Under the pieces are notes generated by a model. It made no database searches, was not told the DNA's origin, and saw nothing but the letters and a program-made list of their open reading frames with translations. Shown here piece by piece: positions 28,942 to 38,968 of a DNA stretch of 64,000 nucleotides (its first letter is position 1; each line of letters opens with the position of its first letter). The stretch comes from Candidatus Gastranaerophilales bacterium (GTDB taxonomy: Bacteria > Cyanobacteriota > Vampirovibrionia > Gastranaerophilales > Gastranaerophilaceae): NCBI GenBank assembly GCA_944325175.1, contig CALUYZ010000005.1, positions 15,484 through 79,483 of the forward strand, read 5' to 3'. The position numbers were made by a program, and so were the translations under genes.

Positions 28942-30507
28942 ATGCAAAATATTTCTACAAAAGTTAGTGAAAAACCAATTAATCCTTATATTACAGCTTT
29001 TGTGATTTTGCTTCCGGGGTTTATTTCCCTTGTGGCTTCTTCTGCTACAAACACATGTCAAAATCACATTGCAGGATACTTTGCTGCTACACCGTATGAA
29101 ACAAATTCAGTTATTACGGCTTATATGATTGCAGCTGGTGTTACTTTGCCTGTTTTTGGCTGGCTTGTTGGAATATACGGAAAGAAAAACGTTGCATATT
29201 TTAGCTTAATATTATTTGCACTGGGTGCGCTTATGTGTATTTTGGTGCATGATCTTTATTTGCTTATAATTGCAAGGGTTATTCAAGGTGTAGGAAGCGG
29301 TTGCCTTTTGCCATTAGCTCAACAAGTTCTTTTAGAGGTTTTTCCGCCTGAAAAAAAATCTGTTGCTATGGGCTTGTTTGGTTTTGCTGCAATGTTTGCA
29401 CCTCTTGCAGGTCCTGCCATAGGCGGTTTTTTGACAGATAATTATTCCTGGCAATGGGTTTTTATTATAAATATACCCTTGGCGCTAATTTCCATTCCTT
29501 TGGTTAAATATTTTGTTCCCGATTCTCATAAAAAAGGTGATTCAAAGAAAAAAGAAATTCATGTTGATATTCCGGGGTTATTAGGAATTATAATCGGCAT
29601 GGGATGTTTGCAGATGGTATTAGACAAGGGTGAACAATATAATTGGTTTGACACACCTTGGATATATTGGTGTACAATGGCTTCTGTTGTTGCCTTTGTA
29701 TTTTTCTATGTTTGGGAATTAGAATATAAACACCCGATTGTTAAGATAAGGGTTTTTAAAAATATAAATTTTTTGGTTGGCACCACAATTAGTGCATTTA
29801 TTAATATTTTACTATATTCTACTTTGCTCTTAATACCAATGTTTGTGCAAAATATTTTGGGCTATTCGCCTTCTCTTGCAGGGCTTTCTGTTTTTCCTAG
29901 AGCCATTTCTTGCTTAATTGGACTTTTTGTTTTTGGCGAGGTTGCAAGGTATGTTGAAAACAGAGTTTTAACGGTAATAGGGTTTTTGATTTTGTCTTAT
30001 TCTGTTTTTATGTTTTCGTCATTAAATAGTGAGGCTTCAATGGCTGCTGTTATTATTCCTAATATTTTGCTTGGAATTGGCATCTCATGCGCTTTTGTGC
30101 CTATCACGGCTCTTTCTTTTTTGACTTTGAAAAAAGATATGGTTGCAGATGCAGCCGGCATGCATGCTTTCTTTAAAAATATAGTAACCGCCGGTTCAAC
30201 AGCTTTGTCTTCTACTTTTATATCAAGAGTTTCAGAAGTTCACCAAAACTACTTGGTTGAAAATTTGTCAAGGTTTAATTTAACTTTTCAACATCATCTT
30301 GCTGTTTTGCAATCAAAATTTGGAATTTATTTTTCCCCATACATTGCATCCAAAAAGGCAAACGGGTTATTATATAAAGAAATGATTTATCAATCTAAAA
30401 TGAGCGCATTTTATGATATTTTCCAACTTTTATCATTATTGTGCTTGCTTATAATTCCGTTAATTTTGTTTATCAGAGTTCCAAAAAAGCCTTCAAAAGC
30501 TGAATAA
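28942..30507 (+). CDS. MFS transporter, DHA2 (EmrB/QacA-like, 14-TMS) family
   Basis: About 14 hydrophobic segments. MFS motif-A-like region and DHA2-like length. Confidence 0.75.
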   Translation: MQNISTKVSEKPINPYITAFVILLPGFISLVASSATNTCQNHIAGYFAATPYETNSVITAYMIAAGVTLPVFGWLVGIYGKKNVAYFSLILFALGALMCILVHDLYLLIIARVIQGVGSGCLLPLAQQVLLEVFPPEKKSVAMGLFGFAAMFAPLAGPAIGGFLTDNYSWQWVFIINIPLALISIPLVKYFVPDSHKKGDSKKKEIHVDIPGLLGIIIGMGCLQMVLDKGEQYNWFDTPWIYWCTMASVVAFVFFYVWELEYKHPIVKIRVFKNINFLVGTTISAFINILLYSTLLLIPMFVQNILGYSPSLAGLSVFPRAISCLIGLFVFGEVARYVENRVLTVIGFLILSYSVFMFSSLNSEASMAAVIIPNILLGIGISCAFVPITALSFLTLKKDMVADAAGMHAFFKNIVTAGSTALSSTFISRVSEVHQNYLVENLSRFNLTFQHHLAVLQSKFGIYFSPYIASKKANGLLYKEMIYQSKMSAFYDIFQLLSLLCLLIIPLILFIRVPKKPSKAE

Positions 30508-30545
30508 AATATGTTATAATCTCTGATATTTTCTATCTGGCTTTA

Positions 30546-31736
30546 ATGTTGAATAAATTCCTAAAAGTTATTTTTTGTTTTTTATTTTTTTCTTCCCCCG
30601 CATTTTCGGTTGTGGATGAATCTTCTTCTGAATTAACGAAACCAAAAATAAAACATTATCAAGGCGAAATTTTAGCAGATGAGATAATAAAGCTTGATGA
30701 TACAATCGATGGCGATTCTGTCGAAGGTGTTGATTTTTTTGATGACGATAAGCTTGATTTTAAATTATTTTCTGAATATACCTTTGCAAAGAAGAAAAGC
30801 ATTAAGTTTAATACAGGTCCTATTGATGAGCTTTCAGGTGAATTAAGATTTAAGGGAATTAATTCTTTTGAAAATATAGATGATTCAATGACATCTACAT
30901 ATCCTTTTGACATTAATGCGGTTATTGAATCAAAATTTTATGAAAACAAATTCAGATTTTTTACTGAATATGCTTTTACAAGGGATACGTCTAATCTTGA
31001 CTATGAATTTTTCGGCAAATTTTCAAATCTATTTATAGAAACTAACTTTTCTGATGCTCATAAAATGAGAATAGGTACATCTCGTGCGCCAATCGGCTTA
31101 GAAGGCTCTATGAGTTCGTTTTCTCTTCCTTTAATAAACCGAGCGCAAATTTCAAGAAATTTTGGAGACGCTATAGCAACAGGGGTTTCATTTTTAGGTA
31201 ATTCAAAAGGGTTTGAATATAATATTGGCGGATATTCCTCAGAAAGATTTACACAAGGCTTTAGTGACGGAGTTGAACTTATAGGCAGAATTGGCTATCA
31301 GCCTTTTTATAAAAGCGAAGGCAGCTATTTTAGAGATTTGACATTTTATACAGGTGCAGACATAGGACACAGGCAAAGTGATTATCAGGTGTATTCTGCT
31401 GCCATAAATTATGAATATAAAAAATTATTAATGAATTTTGAATATGCTTATGCAAACGGTTCAAACGGTGATTATTTTGTTCCTGATAAACGACAAGGTT
31501 TTTTTACAACTCTTGGTTGGAATTTTAACCCCAAAGTGCAATTATTGTTAAGATATGATTGTTTTGACCCAAATGTAAATAAATCGGGCGATTTTAACCA
31601 TGAGTATACGGTTGGTCTTAACTATTTTATATTTAAACAAAGGCTGAAATTTGCAGTTAACTATGTTTTTAAAGATAATCGTGCAATTAATTCTCAAACG
31701 GGCGCTATTTATTTCTTGACTCAATTTTATATTTAA
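30546..31736 (+). CDS. Outer-membrane beta-barrel porin-like protein
   Basis: Signal peptide, alternating beta-strand pattern and an aromatic C-terminus (TQFYI). Confidence 0.45.
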   Translation: MLNKFLKVIFCFLFFSSPAFSVVDESSSELTKPKIKHYQGEILADEIIKLDDTIDGDSVEGVDFFDDDKLDFKLFSEYTFAKKKSIKFNTGPIDELSGELRFKGINSFENIDDSMTSTYPFDINAVIESKFYENKFRFFTEYAFTRDTSNLDYEFFGKFSNLFIETNFSDAHKMRIGTSRAPIGLEGSMSSFSLPLINRAQISRNFGDAIATGVSFLGNSKGFEYNIGGYSSERFTQGFSDGVELIGRIGYQPFYKSEGSYFRDLTFYTGADIGHRQSDYQVYSAAINYEYKKLLMNFEYAYANGSNGDYFVPDKRQGFFTTLGWNFNPKVQLLLRYDCFDPNVNKSGDFNHEYTVGLNYFIFKQRLKFAVNYVFKDNRAINSQTGAIYFLTQFYI

Positions 31737-31793
31737 CAAATTTGTCACAGGATGCTATGTTTGCTATAATTGATTATCTTTTAAGGAGTTTTT

Positions 31794-33098
31794 ATGGAAG
31801 GTAGTAAAAGACCCACTTGGAGTTCTTATATAAGTTTTATTATTGCCGCAATAGGCAGCGCTGTCGGTTTGGGAAATATCTGGCGTTTTCCTTATGTTAC
31901 AGGTAAATATGGCGGTGCTGTATTTTTAATTACTTATCTTTTAATAATTCTTTTTATTTGCGCAATTCCGTTGTGTTTAGAGCTTGCTTTGGGCAAATAC
32001 TATAAGATAGATACTATTTCTTGTTACGAGGCAATATCACCTAAATTAAAATGGTTTGGAATTTTAAATCTTATAACGGCTGTTTTAATTCCCGCATTTT
32101 ATTTTGTTGTAGGCGGTTGGATTATAAATTATATCTGGGTTTTTTTAACAAATAATATTCCGTCTGATTTTTCTGTTTATTTTTCCACTCTTAATTCAAA
32201 CCCTTATATACCTTGTATTTTAACATTTTTATTTTTGTTTATTGTGGCAATTTTCCCATTTAGAGGTGTTAATAAGGGAATTGAAAAAGCAAACAATTTT
32301 ATGATGCCAATGCTGGCTTTTGCGCTAATATTATTGGCTTTTGTTTCTGTTTCTTTGCCCGGTGCAAAGCAGGGCTTAGAATTTATGTTTAAGCCGGATT
32401 TTTCAAAGTTTAGTTATGAGCTTATTTTAACTGCACTTGGACAAGCACTTTTTACATTAAGCATTGGCATGGGCGCTATGGTTACTTATGGCAGCTATTT
32501 GAATAAAGAAGTTAAAATAAGAAAATCTGCATATACATTAATATTTTTTGATACTTTGGTTTCTGTTTTGGCAGGTGTGATGATATTTCCCGTTGTGTTT
32601 ACTTATGGAATTGAACCTACGGCAGGCGCATCTTTAGCTTTTATTTCCTTGCCTCAAATATTTTTAAATATGCCATTTAGTATTCCTTGCGCAATTTTGT
32701 TTTTCTTATTATTGTTTTTTGCGGCGGTTACATCCGGCATAAGTTTAATGGAAACATCTGTTGCCTCTTTTGTTGATAATTTTAAATTTTCAAGAAAAAA
32801 GGCAGTATGTATTCTTTCTTTAATAATAGGATTATTAAGTATACCATCATCTCTTTCATTTGGTATTTTAAACAACTTTAAAATCATGGGAAAAACCATT
32901 TTTGATTTTTTAGATTTTCTGACCTCTACAATTTTGTTACCGTTTAATACGCTTTTAATATGTATTATCTGCGGTTGGTTTGCTTCTAATATTGTTAAAG
33001 AGGCGTTTGGCGAGGGTAAATTTGCTTCTTTGCTCACTTTTTTATTAAAATTTGTTTTACCTGTTGTATTTAGTTATGCCCTTTTTGTTGGTTTGTAG
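31794..33098 (+). CDS. Sodium-dependent transporter, NSS/SNF family
   Basis: GSAVGLGNIWRFPY signature in a polytopic protein. Confidence 0.9.
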   Translation: MEGSKRPTWSSYISFIIAAIGSAVGLGNIWRFPYVTGKYGGAVFLITYLLIILFICAIPLCLELALGKYYKIDTISCYEAISPKLKWFGILNLITAVLIPAFYFVVGGWIINYIWVFLTNNIPSDFSVYFSTLNSNPYIPCILTFLFLFIVAIFPFRGVNKGIEKANNFMMPMLAFALILLAFVSVSLPGAKQGLEFMFKPDFSKFSYELILTALGQALFTLSIGMGAMVTYGSYLNKEVKIRKSAYTLIFFDTLVSVLAGVMIFPVVFTYGIEPTAGASLAFISLPQIFLNMPFSIPCAILFFLLLFFAAVTSGISLMETSVASFVDNFKFSRKKAVCILSLIIGLLSIPSSLSFGILNNFKIMGKTIFDFLDFLTSTILLPFNTLLICIICGWFASNIVKEAFGEGKFASLLTFLLKFVLPVVFSYALFVGL

Positions 33099-33159
33099 GT
33101 ATACAATTCTTATTTAAAATAGTGTAAAATGTAAGTATCAAAGATTAAAGGCAATTAAA

Positions 33160-33969
33160 ATGAGATCTCAAAAAGAAAAAATTGTTGAAGCTAAATTATT
33201 TGAAAGGGTTTCAAAATATCCCGTTTGTAAAAAGTTGCTTGAGGCTATTTTGTCTGATGAAGAGCTTCATGAGATGCAAGATTATGCAAACAATGTTTCT
33301 ATAAAAAGACTTGGTTTTAATGACCATGGTCCTGTTCATATGCGCCAAGTTACAAAAAACGCTATTAAAATGCTTGAAATTCTTCATGAGGCAGGCATTA
33401 AAACTTCGCTTGAACAAGAGGATATGGGCAGTTTTGAAGATTCCATGTGCGCTTTAATTTTAGCCGGCATGTGCCATGATATTGGCATGATGATTGGCAG
33501 ACAGGGGCATGAAGAAATGTCTGTTATGCTTTCTTTGCCTTTGATTGAGCGAATTTTAAAGTCTGTTTTTAAGGATGATCTTAAAAAAAGAGTTATAATA
33601 AAATCTTTGGCAACTGAGGCTATAATAGGTCACATGACAACAAGAAAAATCCACTCTTTTGAAGCAGGAATTTTACTTGTGGCTGATGGTTGCGATATGA
33701 CAAAAGGCAGGGCAAGAATACCTTTGGCTATTCATAGTGCAACGCCAAGAATTGGTGATATTCATATTTATTCAGCCAATGCAATAGAAAGAGTCAGTAT
33801 AAGAAGAGGCACAAATAAACCACTAAGGGTTGAAGTTGAAATGTCGAGTGAAGTTGGATATTTTCAAATTGAAGAAGTTTTGCTTGCTAAAATCAACTCA
33901 AGTCCGGCAAAAATATTTATTGAAGTTTATGCAGGTGTTAAAGGGCAAGAAAAGAAGTGCTACTTATAA
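33160..33969 (+). CDS. HD-domain metal-dependent phosphohydrolase
   Basis: H...HD motif (GPVHMRQV..., CHDIGM). Confidence 0.65.
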   Translation: MRSQKEKIVEAKLFERVSKYPVCKKLLEAILSDEELHEMQDYANNVSIKRLGFNDHGPVHMRQVTKNAIKMLEILHEAGIKTSLEQEDMGSFEDSMCALILAGMCHDIGMMIGRQGHEEMSVMLSLPLIERILKSVFKDDLKKRVIIKSLATEAIIGHMTTRKIHSFEAGILLVADGCDMTKGRARIPLAIHSATPRIGDIHIYSANAIERVSIRRGTNKPLRVEVEMSSEVGYFQIEEVLLAKINSSPAKIFIEVYAGVKGQEKKCYL

Positions 33970-34971
33970 GCCTTTTTTAAAATTGGCAATTTCCCATTTG
34001 TAGGCTGTTAAAATTCCTTCCTCAAGGGTTTTTTCGGGCTGCCAATTTAATATTTCTTTTGCCTTTTTGTTATCTGCAATTAAAATGGCAGGGTCACCTT
34101 CTCTTTTTTCTTTAATTGTGTAATTTATTTTTTGACCTGTGATATTTTCCGCTGTTTTTAATATTTCAAGAACGGTATTGCCTTCTTTTGTGCCAAGATT
34201 AAAATAGTCTGTTTTGCCGCCATTTTGCAAATATTTAAGCGCTTTTATATGCGCATTAATTAAATCATCTATAACAATATAATCACGAACACAGGTGCCG
34301 TCTTTTGTATTATATGTGTTTCCGTATATTTCAAAAACTTTATTTTTATCGTTAATGCTTTTTAAAATGTTTGGAACAAGATGTGTTTCTATATCATGCC
34401 ATTCGCCTGTTCTTTGAAATTTGTCTGCTCCAATTACATTAAAATATCTGAGTCTTACACTTTTGATATTATAAGCTTTTGAATAATCATCCATTAAAAA
34501 TTCAAGCGCAAGCTTTGTATTGCCGTATGAATTTATCGGTTTTTGCGGATGCTGTTCATCTATTGGTGTGTATAAAGGTTCTCCGTAGGTTGCTGCAGTA
34601 GATGAAAAAATTATTTTATCCGTGCCAAATTTTTTCATAGCATCAAGAAGATTTTTTGTGCCTGTAAAGTTATTTTCCCAGTATTTATGCGGATTTTTGG
34701 CTGATTCAGACACAATGGAAAAAGCCGCAAAGTGAAAAACTGCTTCAATTTTATATTTTGAAAAAACAGCCTCAATATCATTAAGATTTCTAAGATCACC
34801 TTTTATAAAATCAACAACTTTTCCCTTTAAATTAAGGGTTTTTAGCTTGTCGACAATTTTTTGATGTCCTGTTGAAAGATTATCAAAAATAACTATATCT
34901 TCGCCCGATTCTAATAATTTCAGAGCTAAGTTTGAACCAATATAACCCGCTGCACCCGTAACTAAAAACAA
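33964..34971 (-). CDS. galE: UDP-glucose 4-epimerase GalE (TTG start)
   Basis: TGAAGYIGS Rossmann motif and YGNTK (YxxxK). GalE-like throughout. GAGG RBS before the TTG. Confidence 0.88.
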   Translation of the reverse strand: MFLVTGAAGYIGSNLALKLLESGEDIVIFDNLSTGHQKIVDKLKTLNLKGKVVDFIKGDLRNLNDIEAVFSKYKIEAVFHFAAFSIVSESAKNPHKYWENNFTGTKNLLDAMKKFGTDKIIFSSTAATYGEPLYTPIDEQHPQKPINSYGNTKLALEFLMDDYSKAYNIKSVRLRYFNVIGADKFQRTGEWHDIETHLVPNILKSINDKNKVFEIYGNTYNTKDGTCVRDYIVIDDLINAHIKALKYLQNGGKTDYFNLGTKEGNTVLEILKTAENITGQKINYTIKEKREGDPAILIADNKKAKEILNWQPEKTLEEGILTAYKWEIANFKKGL

Positions 34972-35070
34972 AAGAACCTCACTTAACAGTTATTTAAGGC
35001 AAAAATTTTATTAAACGCCAATGCTATATGTTTTAAATTTTAATTCAGCCTTATTTTCTTGCCGGAAACA

Positions 35071-35278
35071 GTTTGGGCGAGAAGACTCTGCCGAGGGAAA
35101 AGTTGACTAAATGTCAAGTTTTTCCGAGAGGGAAGAACCCTTTGGGTTCGAGTCTTGTTACCCTTATAAACTAAGTTTGGGCGAGAAGACTCTGCCGAGG
35201 GAAAAGTTGACTAAATGTCAAGTTTTTCCGAGAGGGAAGAACCCTTTGGGTTCGAGTCTTGTTACCCTTATAAACTAA
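35071..35278. repeat. Two perfect tandem 104-bp units abutting the 3' end of tRNA-Leu
   Basis: Units 35071-35174 and 35175-35278 read identically. Each starts (plus strand) with GTTTGGGCGAGAAG, the same 14 nt that span the tRNA 3' end at 35279-35292. Confidence 0.9.
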
Positions 35279-35281
35279 GTT

Positions 35282-35363
35282 TGGGCGAGAAGGGACTCGA
35301 ACCCTTACACATCGCTGCGCTAGATCCTAAATCTAGTGCGTCTACCAATTTCGCCACTCGCCC
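35282..35363 (-). tRNA. tRNA-Leu (anticodon UAG), class II with long variable arm, CCA not encoded
   Basis: The reverse complement GGGCGAGTGGCGAAATTGGTAGACGCACTAGATTTAGGATCTAGCGCAGCGATGTGTAAGGGTTCGAGTCCCTTCTCGCCCA folds as a cloverleaf. Acceptor GGGCGAG/CTCGCCC, anticodon stem CTAGA/TCTAG, loop TTTAGGA, T-arm AAGGG-TTCGAGT-CCCTT. Confidence 0.93.
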
Positions 35364-35469
35364 AAAATTGATTTACTATTAAATTATTAAATAAGTCTGA
35401 CTACAAGTCAAGTATATAATAAAAATATTCTTTATGGTATTATTTTTTTATATTTTAGGAGTTTTTTCC

Positions 35470-36402
35470 ATGAAGAGAATATTGGTTACAGGCGGCGCAG
35501 GCTTTATAGGTTCACATCTTTGTTGTGAGTTGCTAAAGCGTGGAAATGATGTAATTTGCCTTGATAATTTTTTTACAGGCTCTAAAGATTCTATTAGGCA
35601 TCTTTTGTCTGATAGTCATTTTGAACTTGTAAGGCATGATATTACTAAGGAATATTTTATTGAAGTTGATGAAATTTATAATCTGGCATGCCCGGCTTCT
35701 CCGCCTCATTATCAATATAACCCCATAAAGACGGCAAAAACTTCTGTTTTGGGCATAATTAACATGCTTGGGCTTGCAAAAAGGTGTAAGGCAAAAATTC
35801 TGCAAGCTTCAACTTCTGAAGTATATGGTGACCCGTTTGTTCATCCTCAAAAGGAAACTTATTGGGGAAATGTTAATCCAATCGGTATTAGAAGCTGCTA
35901 TGATGAAGGCAAAAGAATGGCGGAAACTCTGATGTTTGACTATAACAGGCAAAATAATGTAGATATTAGAGTTGTCAGAATTTTTAATACCTATGGTCCG
36001 AATATGGATAAAAACGACGGCAGAGTTGTTTCCAATTTTATTGTGCAAGCGCTTCAAAATAAGGATATTACAATATATGGTGACGGTTCTCAGACACGTT
36101 CTTTTTGTTATGTATCTGATTTAGTTTCAGGCATGATTAAAATGATGGAAAATAATTCAGGGTTTATTGGACCTGTTAATTTAGGCAACCCTGTCGAAAC
36201 TTCAATTTTAGATTTTGCAAAATATATAATAAATTTGACAAATTCAAAGTCAAAAATTGTTTTTCTGCCCCTTCCTTCAGATGATCCTACGCAAAGAAAA
36301 CCTGATATTACTTTGGCGAAAGAAAAATTAAACTGGGAGCCAAAGGTTGATGTTAAAGAGGGTTTGCTAAAGACTATTGAATATTTTAAGCAAGTGATTT
36401 AA
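35470..36402 (+). CDS. UDP-glucuronate decarboxylase (UDP-xylose synthase-like SDR)
   Basis: [17 protein letters not shown] and YDEGK (YxxxK). UXS-like throughout. AGGAG RBS before the ATG at 35470. Confidence 0.85.
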   Translation: MKRILVTGGAGFIGSHLCCELLKRGNDVICLDNFFTGSKDSIRHLLSDSHFELVRHDITKEYFIEVDEIYNLACPASPPHYQYNPIKTAKTSVLGIINMLGLAKRCKAKILQASTSEVYGDPFVHPQKETYWGNVNPIGIRSCYDEGKRMAETLMFDYNRQNNVDIRVVRIFNTYGPNMDKNDGRVVSNFIVQALQNKDITIYGDGSQTRSFCYVSDLVSGMIKMMENNSGFIGPVNLGNPVETSILDFAKYIINLTNSKSKIVFLPLPSDDPTQRKPDITLAKEKLNWEPKVDVKEGLLKTIEYFKQVI

Positions 36403-36407
36403 GGAGA

Positions 36408-37730
36408 GTGGAATTGAAAATTTGTGTTATAGGCACCGGTTATGTTGGTTTAGTTGTTGGAACTTGTCTTGCTGAAATGGGCAACAGTGTTATTTGTGTT
36501 GATTCCGATTTAAAAAAGCTTGAATTACTTGAGCGTGGCATTATTCCTATATATGAACCGGGTTTAGAAGAGTTAATTATTTCAAATGTAAAAGAAAAAA
36601 GGCTTACATTTACATCAAATACCGAATATGCGGTAAAAAATTCAACAGTATGTTTTATTGCCGTAGGTACTCCGCAAGATGAAGACGGCAGCGCTGATTT
36701 AAAATATGTTTATCAGGTAGCAGATGAGATAGGTAAAGCTCTAAACGGGTATAAAGTTATTGTAGATAAGTCTACGGTGCCTGTCGGAACAGCTGATGAA
36801 GTTTCTAAAATAATTAGAAAAAATACGGAATTTGAATTTGATGTTGTGTCAAACCCTGAGTTTTTAAAGCAGGGCGCTGCTGTTGAGGATTTTTTAAAGC
36901 CCGATAGGGTTATAATCGGTTCAAATTCTCGCCATGCGACAGAAATTATGCAAGAATTATACGCTCCTTTTATGAGAACCGGAAACCCTGTAATTATAAT
37001 GGATGTTAAATCTGCCGAAATGACAAAATATGCTTCAAATTCATTTTTAGCGGTCAAAATTTCATACGCTAACGAAATTGCAAATATTTGTGAAAAAGTC
37101 GGTGCTGATGCTGAAATGGTGAGAATTGGCATGTGTGCAGATAAAAGAATAGGTCAACAATTTTTATTCCCGGGGCTTGGATATGGCGGTAGCTGTTTTC
37201 CAAAAGACGTAAAAGCTTTAATTAAAACCGCAGCAGATAATGATTGTGATTCTAAGCTTTTAGAGGCTTGTGATATTGTAAATAAAAAACAGCGTCTTTT
37301 GTTTGTAGATAAAATTTTGAAATTTTATAATAACGATATTAAAGATAAAACTTTTGCGGTATGGGGTCTTTCATTTAAGCCAAAAACCAATGATATGAGG
37401 GAAGCGCCTTCTATTACCATTGTTAATGCTTTATTGTCTTTAGGCGCAAAAATTAAAGCTTACGACCCTAAGGCATTTGAACTTGCAAGAACTATTTTTA
37501 AAGATGATATTGAATATTCAAAAGATGCTTATTCTGCCCTTGAAGCTTCTGATGCACTTTTGGTTTTAACGGAATGGAATGAATTTAAACGCCCTGATTT
37601 TGATAAAATTAAATCTTTGTTAAAAACTCCGTTAATTTTTGACGGAAGAAATATATATAATTCTGATAAATTAATTAAAAGAGGCTTTATGTATTTTTGC
37701 ATTGGTAAAAACACAAATATTAAGGGTTAA
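36408..37730 (+). CDS. ugd: UDP-glucose 6-dehydrogenase
   Basis: KICVIGTGYVGLV Rossmann motif and catalytic GGSCFPKD. The start may be TTG at 36414, which has better spacing from AAGGAG. Confidence 0.9.
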   Translation: MELKICVIGTGYVGLVVGTCLAEMGNSVICVDSDLKKLELLERGIIPIYEPGLEELIISNVKEKRLTFTSNTEYAVKNSTVCFIAVGTPQDEDGSADLKYVYQVADEIGKALNGYKVIVDKSTVPVGTADEVSKIIRKNTEFEFDVVSNPEFLKQGAAVEDFLKPDRVIIGSNSRHATEIMQELYAPFMRTGNPVIIMDVKSAEMTKYASNSFLAVKISYANEIANICEKVGADAEMVRIGMCADKRIGQQFLFPGLGYGGSCFPKDVKALIKTAADNDCDSKLLEACDIVNKKQRLLFVDKILKFYNNDIKDKTFAVWGLSFKPKTNDMREAPSITIVNALLSLGAKIKAYDPKAFELARTIFKDDIEYSKDAYSALEASDALLVLTEWNEFKRPDFDKIKSLLKTPLIFDGRNIYNSDKLIKRGFMYFCIGKNTNIKG

Positions 37731-37733
37731 CTT

Positions 37734-38327
37734 ATGAACGAAAAAGAAAAAATGCTAAACGGTTTTTTATATGATGCTGATAATAATCCGCAATTAAAAA
37801 AAGAGCGAGATTATGCAAAAGATTTGTGCTTTGAATTTAACCACACAAAACCCTCTGATGAAGTTAAAAAAGCTGAAATAATTAAAAAACTGTTTGGAAA
37901 AGTTGAAGGCAGATTTTTAATTCAGCCCGATTTTTGGTGTGATTACGGATATAATATTGAAATTGGCGATAATTTTTTTGCAAACCATGGGCTTGTTATC
38001 TTAGATTGTGCTAAGGTTAAATTTGGTAAAAATGTTTTAATTGCCCCAAATTGCGGTTTTTACGCAGCCGGTCATCCACTAGATGTTGAAGATAGAACAA
38101 ATTGGCTTGAATATGCATACCCAATAACAGTTGGTGACAATGTTTGGTTTGGCGGAAACGTTGTTGTGTGCCCAGGGGTTACAATAGGCAATAATTCTGT
38201 TATTGCAGCCGGTTCTGTTATTGTTAAAGATATTCCCGATAATGTTTTAGCAGGTGGTGTTCCTTGCAAGGTTATAAGAAAAATAACTCCTGAAGATAAA
38301 CTTAAATATAAAAGATTTGAAGAATAA
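37734..38327 (+). CDS. maa: Maltose/galactoside O-acetyltransferase (hexapeptide-repeat, LacA/Maa family)
   Basis: N-terminal Mac-like region (MLNGFLYDA..., ...L) and left-handed beta-helix hexapeptide repeats. Confidence 0.82.
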   Translation: MNEKEKMLNGFLYDADNNPQLKKERDYAKDLCFEFNHTKPSDEVKKAEIIKKLFGKVEGRFLIQPDFWCDYGYNIEIGDNFFANHGLVILDCAKVKFGKNVLIAPNCGFYAAGHPLDVEDRTNWLEYAYPITVGDNVWFGGNVVVCPGVTIGNNSVIAAGSVIVKDIPDNVLAGGVPCKVIRKITPEDKLKYKRFEE

Positions 38328-38356
38328 AAAATGAGCCTTAAATTAAGGCTCATTTT
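38326..38356. terminator. Bidirectional terminator
   Basis: aaaaatgagcctta-aatt-aaggctcatttt between convergent maa and the ferritin gene. Confidence 0.75.
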
Positions 38357-38371
38357 ATTTTGGTTTAAAAA

Positions 38372-38890
38372 TTAACCGATAACAGGCTGAACAAACGTTC
38401 TTGTTGCAAGTTCTTTATCAAGTGCATAAAGTGCGTTTGGGTCTGTTCCAATCATTTTTAATTGTGCTAAAACGCCGCCTACATTTGCTTCTTCTTCTAC
38501 TTGTTCTTTTAGATACCAATTTAAAAATATCATTGCAGCCCTGTCTTTTGTTTCTTCTGCAACATCCATAAGTGCATTAATTCTTGATGTTACGTATTCT
38601 TCATGTTTTAAAACTGCTTCAAAAACAGCTAAGGGCGAATCCCATTCGAAATCAGGCTTATCTATTGCATAAAGTTCAACTTTACCGCCTCTTTCGATGA
38701 CATAATCATACATACCCATAGCATGTGCATGTTCTTCTTGAACTTGCACATCCATCCAGTTTACAAAGCCGTTTAAATTCAGATTTGCAAAATATGCCTT
38801 CATTGATAAATAAAGATATTCAGAATACAATTCTGCGTTTATTTGTTCCAAAAACGCTTTTTCCATTTCTTTTGAAATCATTTTGAGCAT
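38372..38890 (-). CDS. ftn: Non-heme ferritin
   Basis: Ferroxidase-centre residues in INAELYSEYLYLSM and QEEHAHAM. ~170 aa. Confidence 0.88.
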   Translation of the reverse strand: MLKMISKEMEKAFLEQINAELYSEYLYLSMKAYFANLNLNGFVNWMDVQVQEEHAHAMGMYDYVIERGGKVELYAIDKPDFEWDSPLAVFEAVLKHEEYVTSRINALMDVAEETKDRAAMIFLNWYLKEQVEEEANVGGVLAQLKMIGTDPNALYALDKELATRTFVQPVIG

Positions 38891-38968
38891 CCTCCATTAA
38901 TTATTCAGCTATTATTATAGCAAATAAAAGTTAGAGCATGAATTTTGTAATTTCAAAATTGATTGGTT

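Noticed and set aside
35071-35278. The 104-bp repeats as a CRISPR array
   Set aside because: Only two perfect units directly abut each other with no spacers. The unit is far longer than CRISPR repeats, and there are no cas genes in the window.
34972-35469. Genomic island or prophage integrated at tRNA-Leu
   Set aside because: The duplicated tRNA 3' ends are only 104 bp apart. No integrase, excisionase or cargo is present, and the flanks are ordinary UDP-sugar metabolism genes on both sides.
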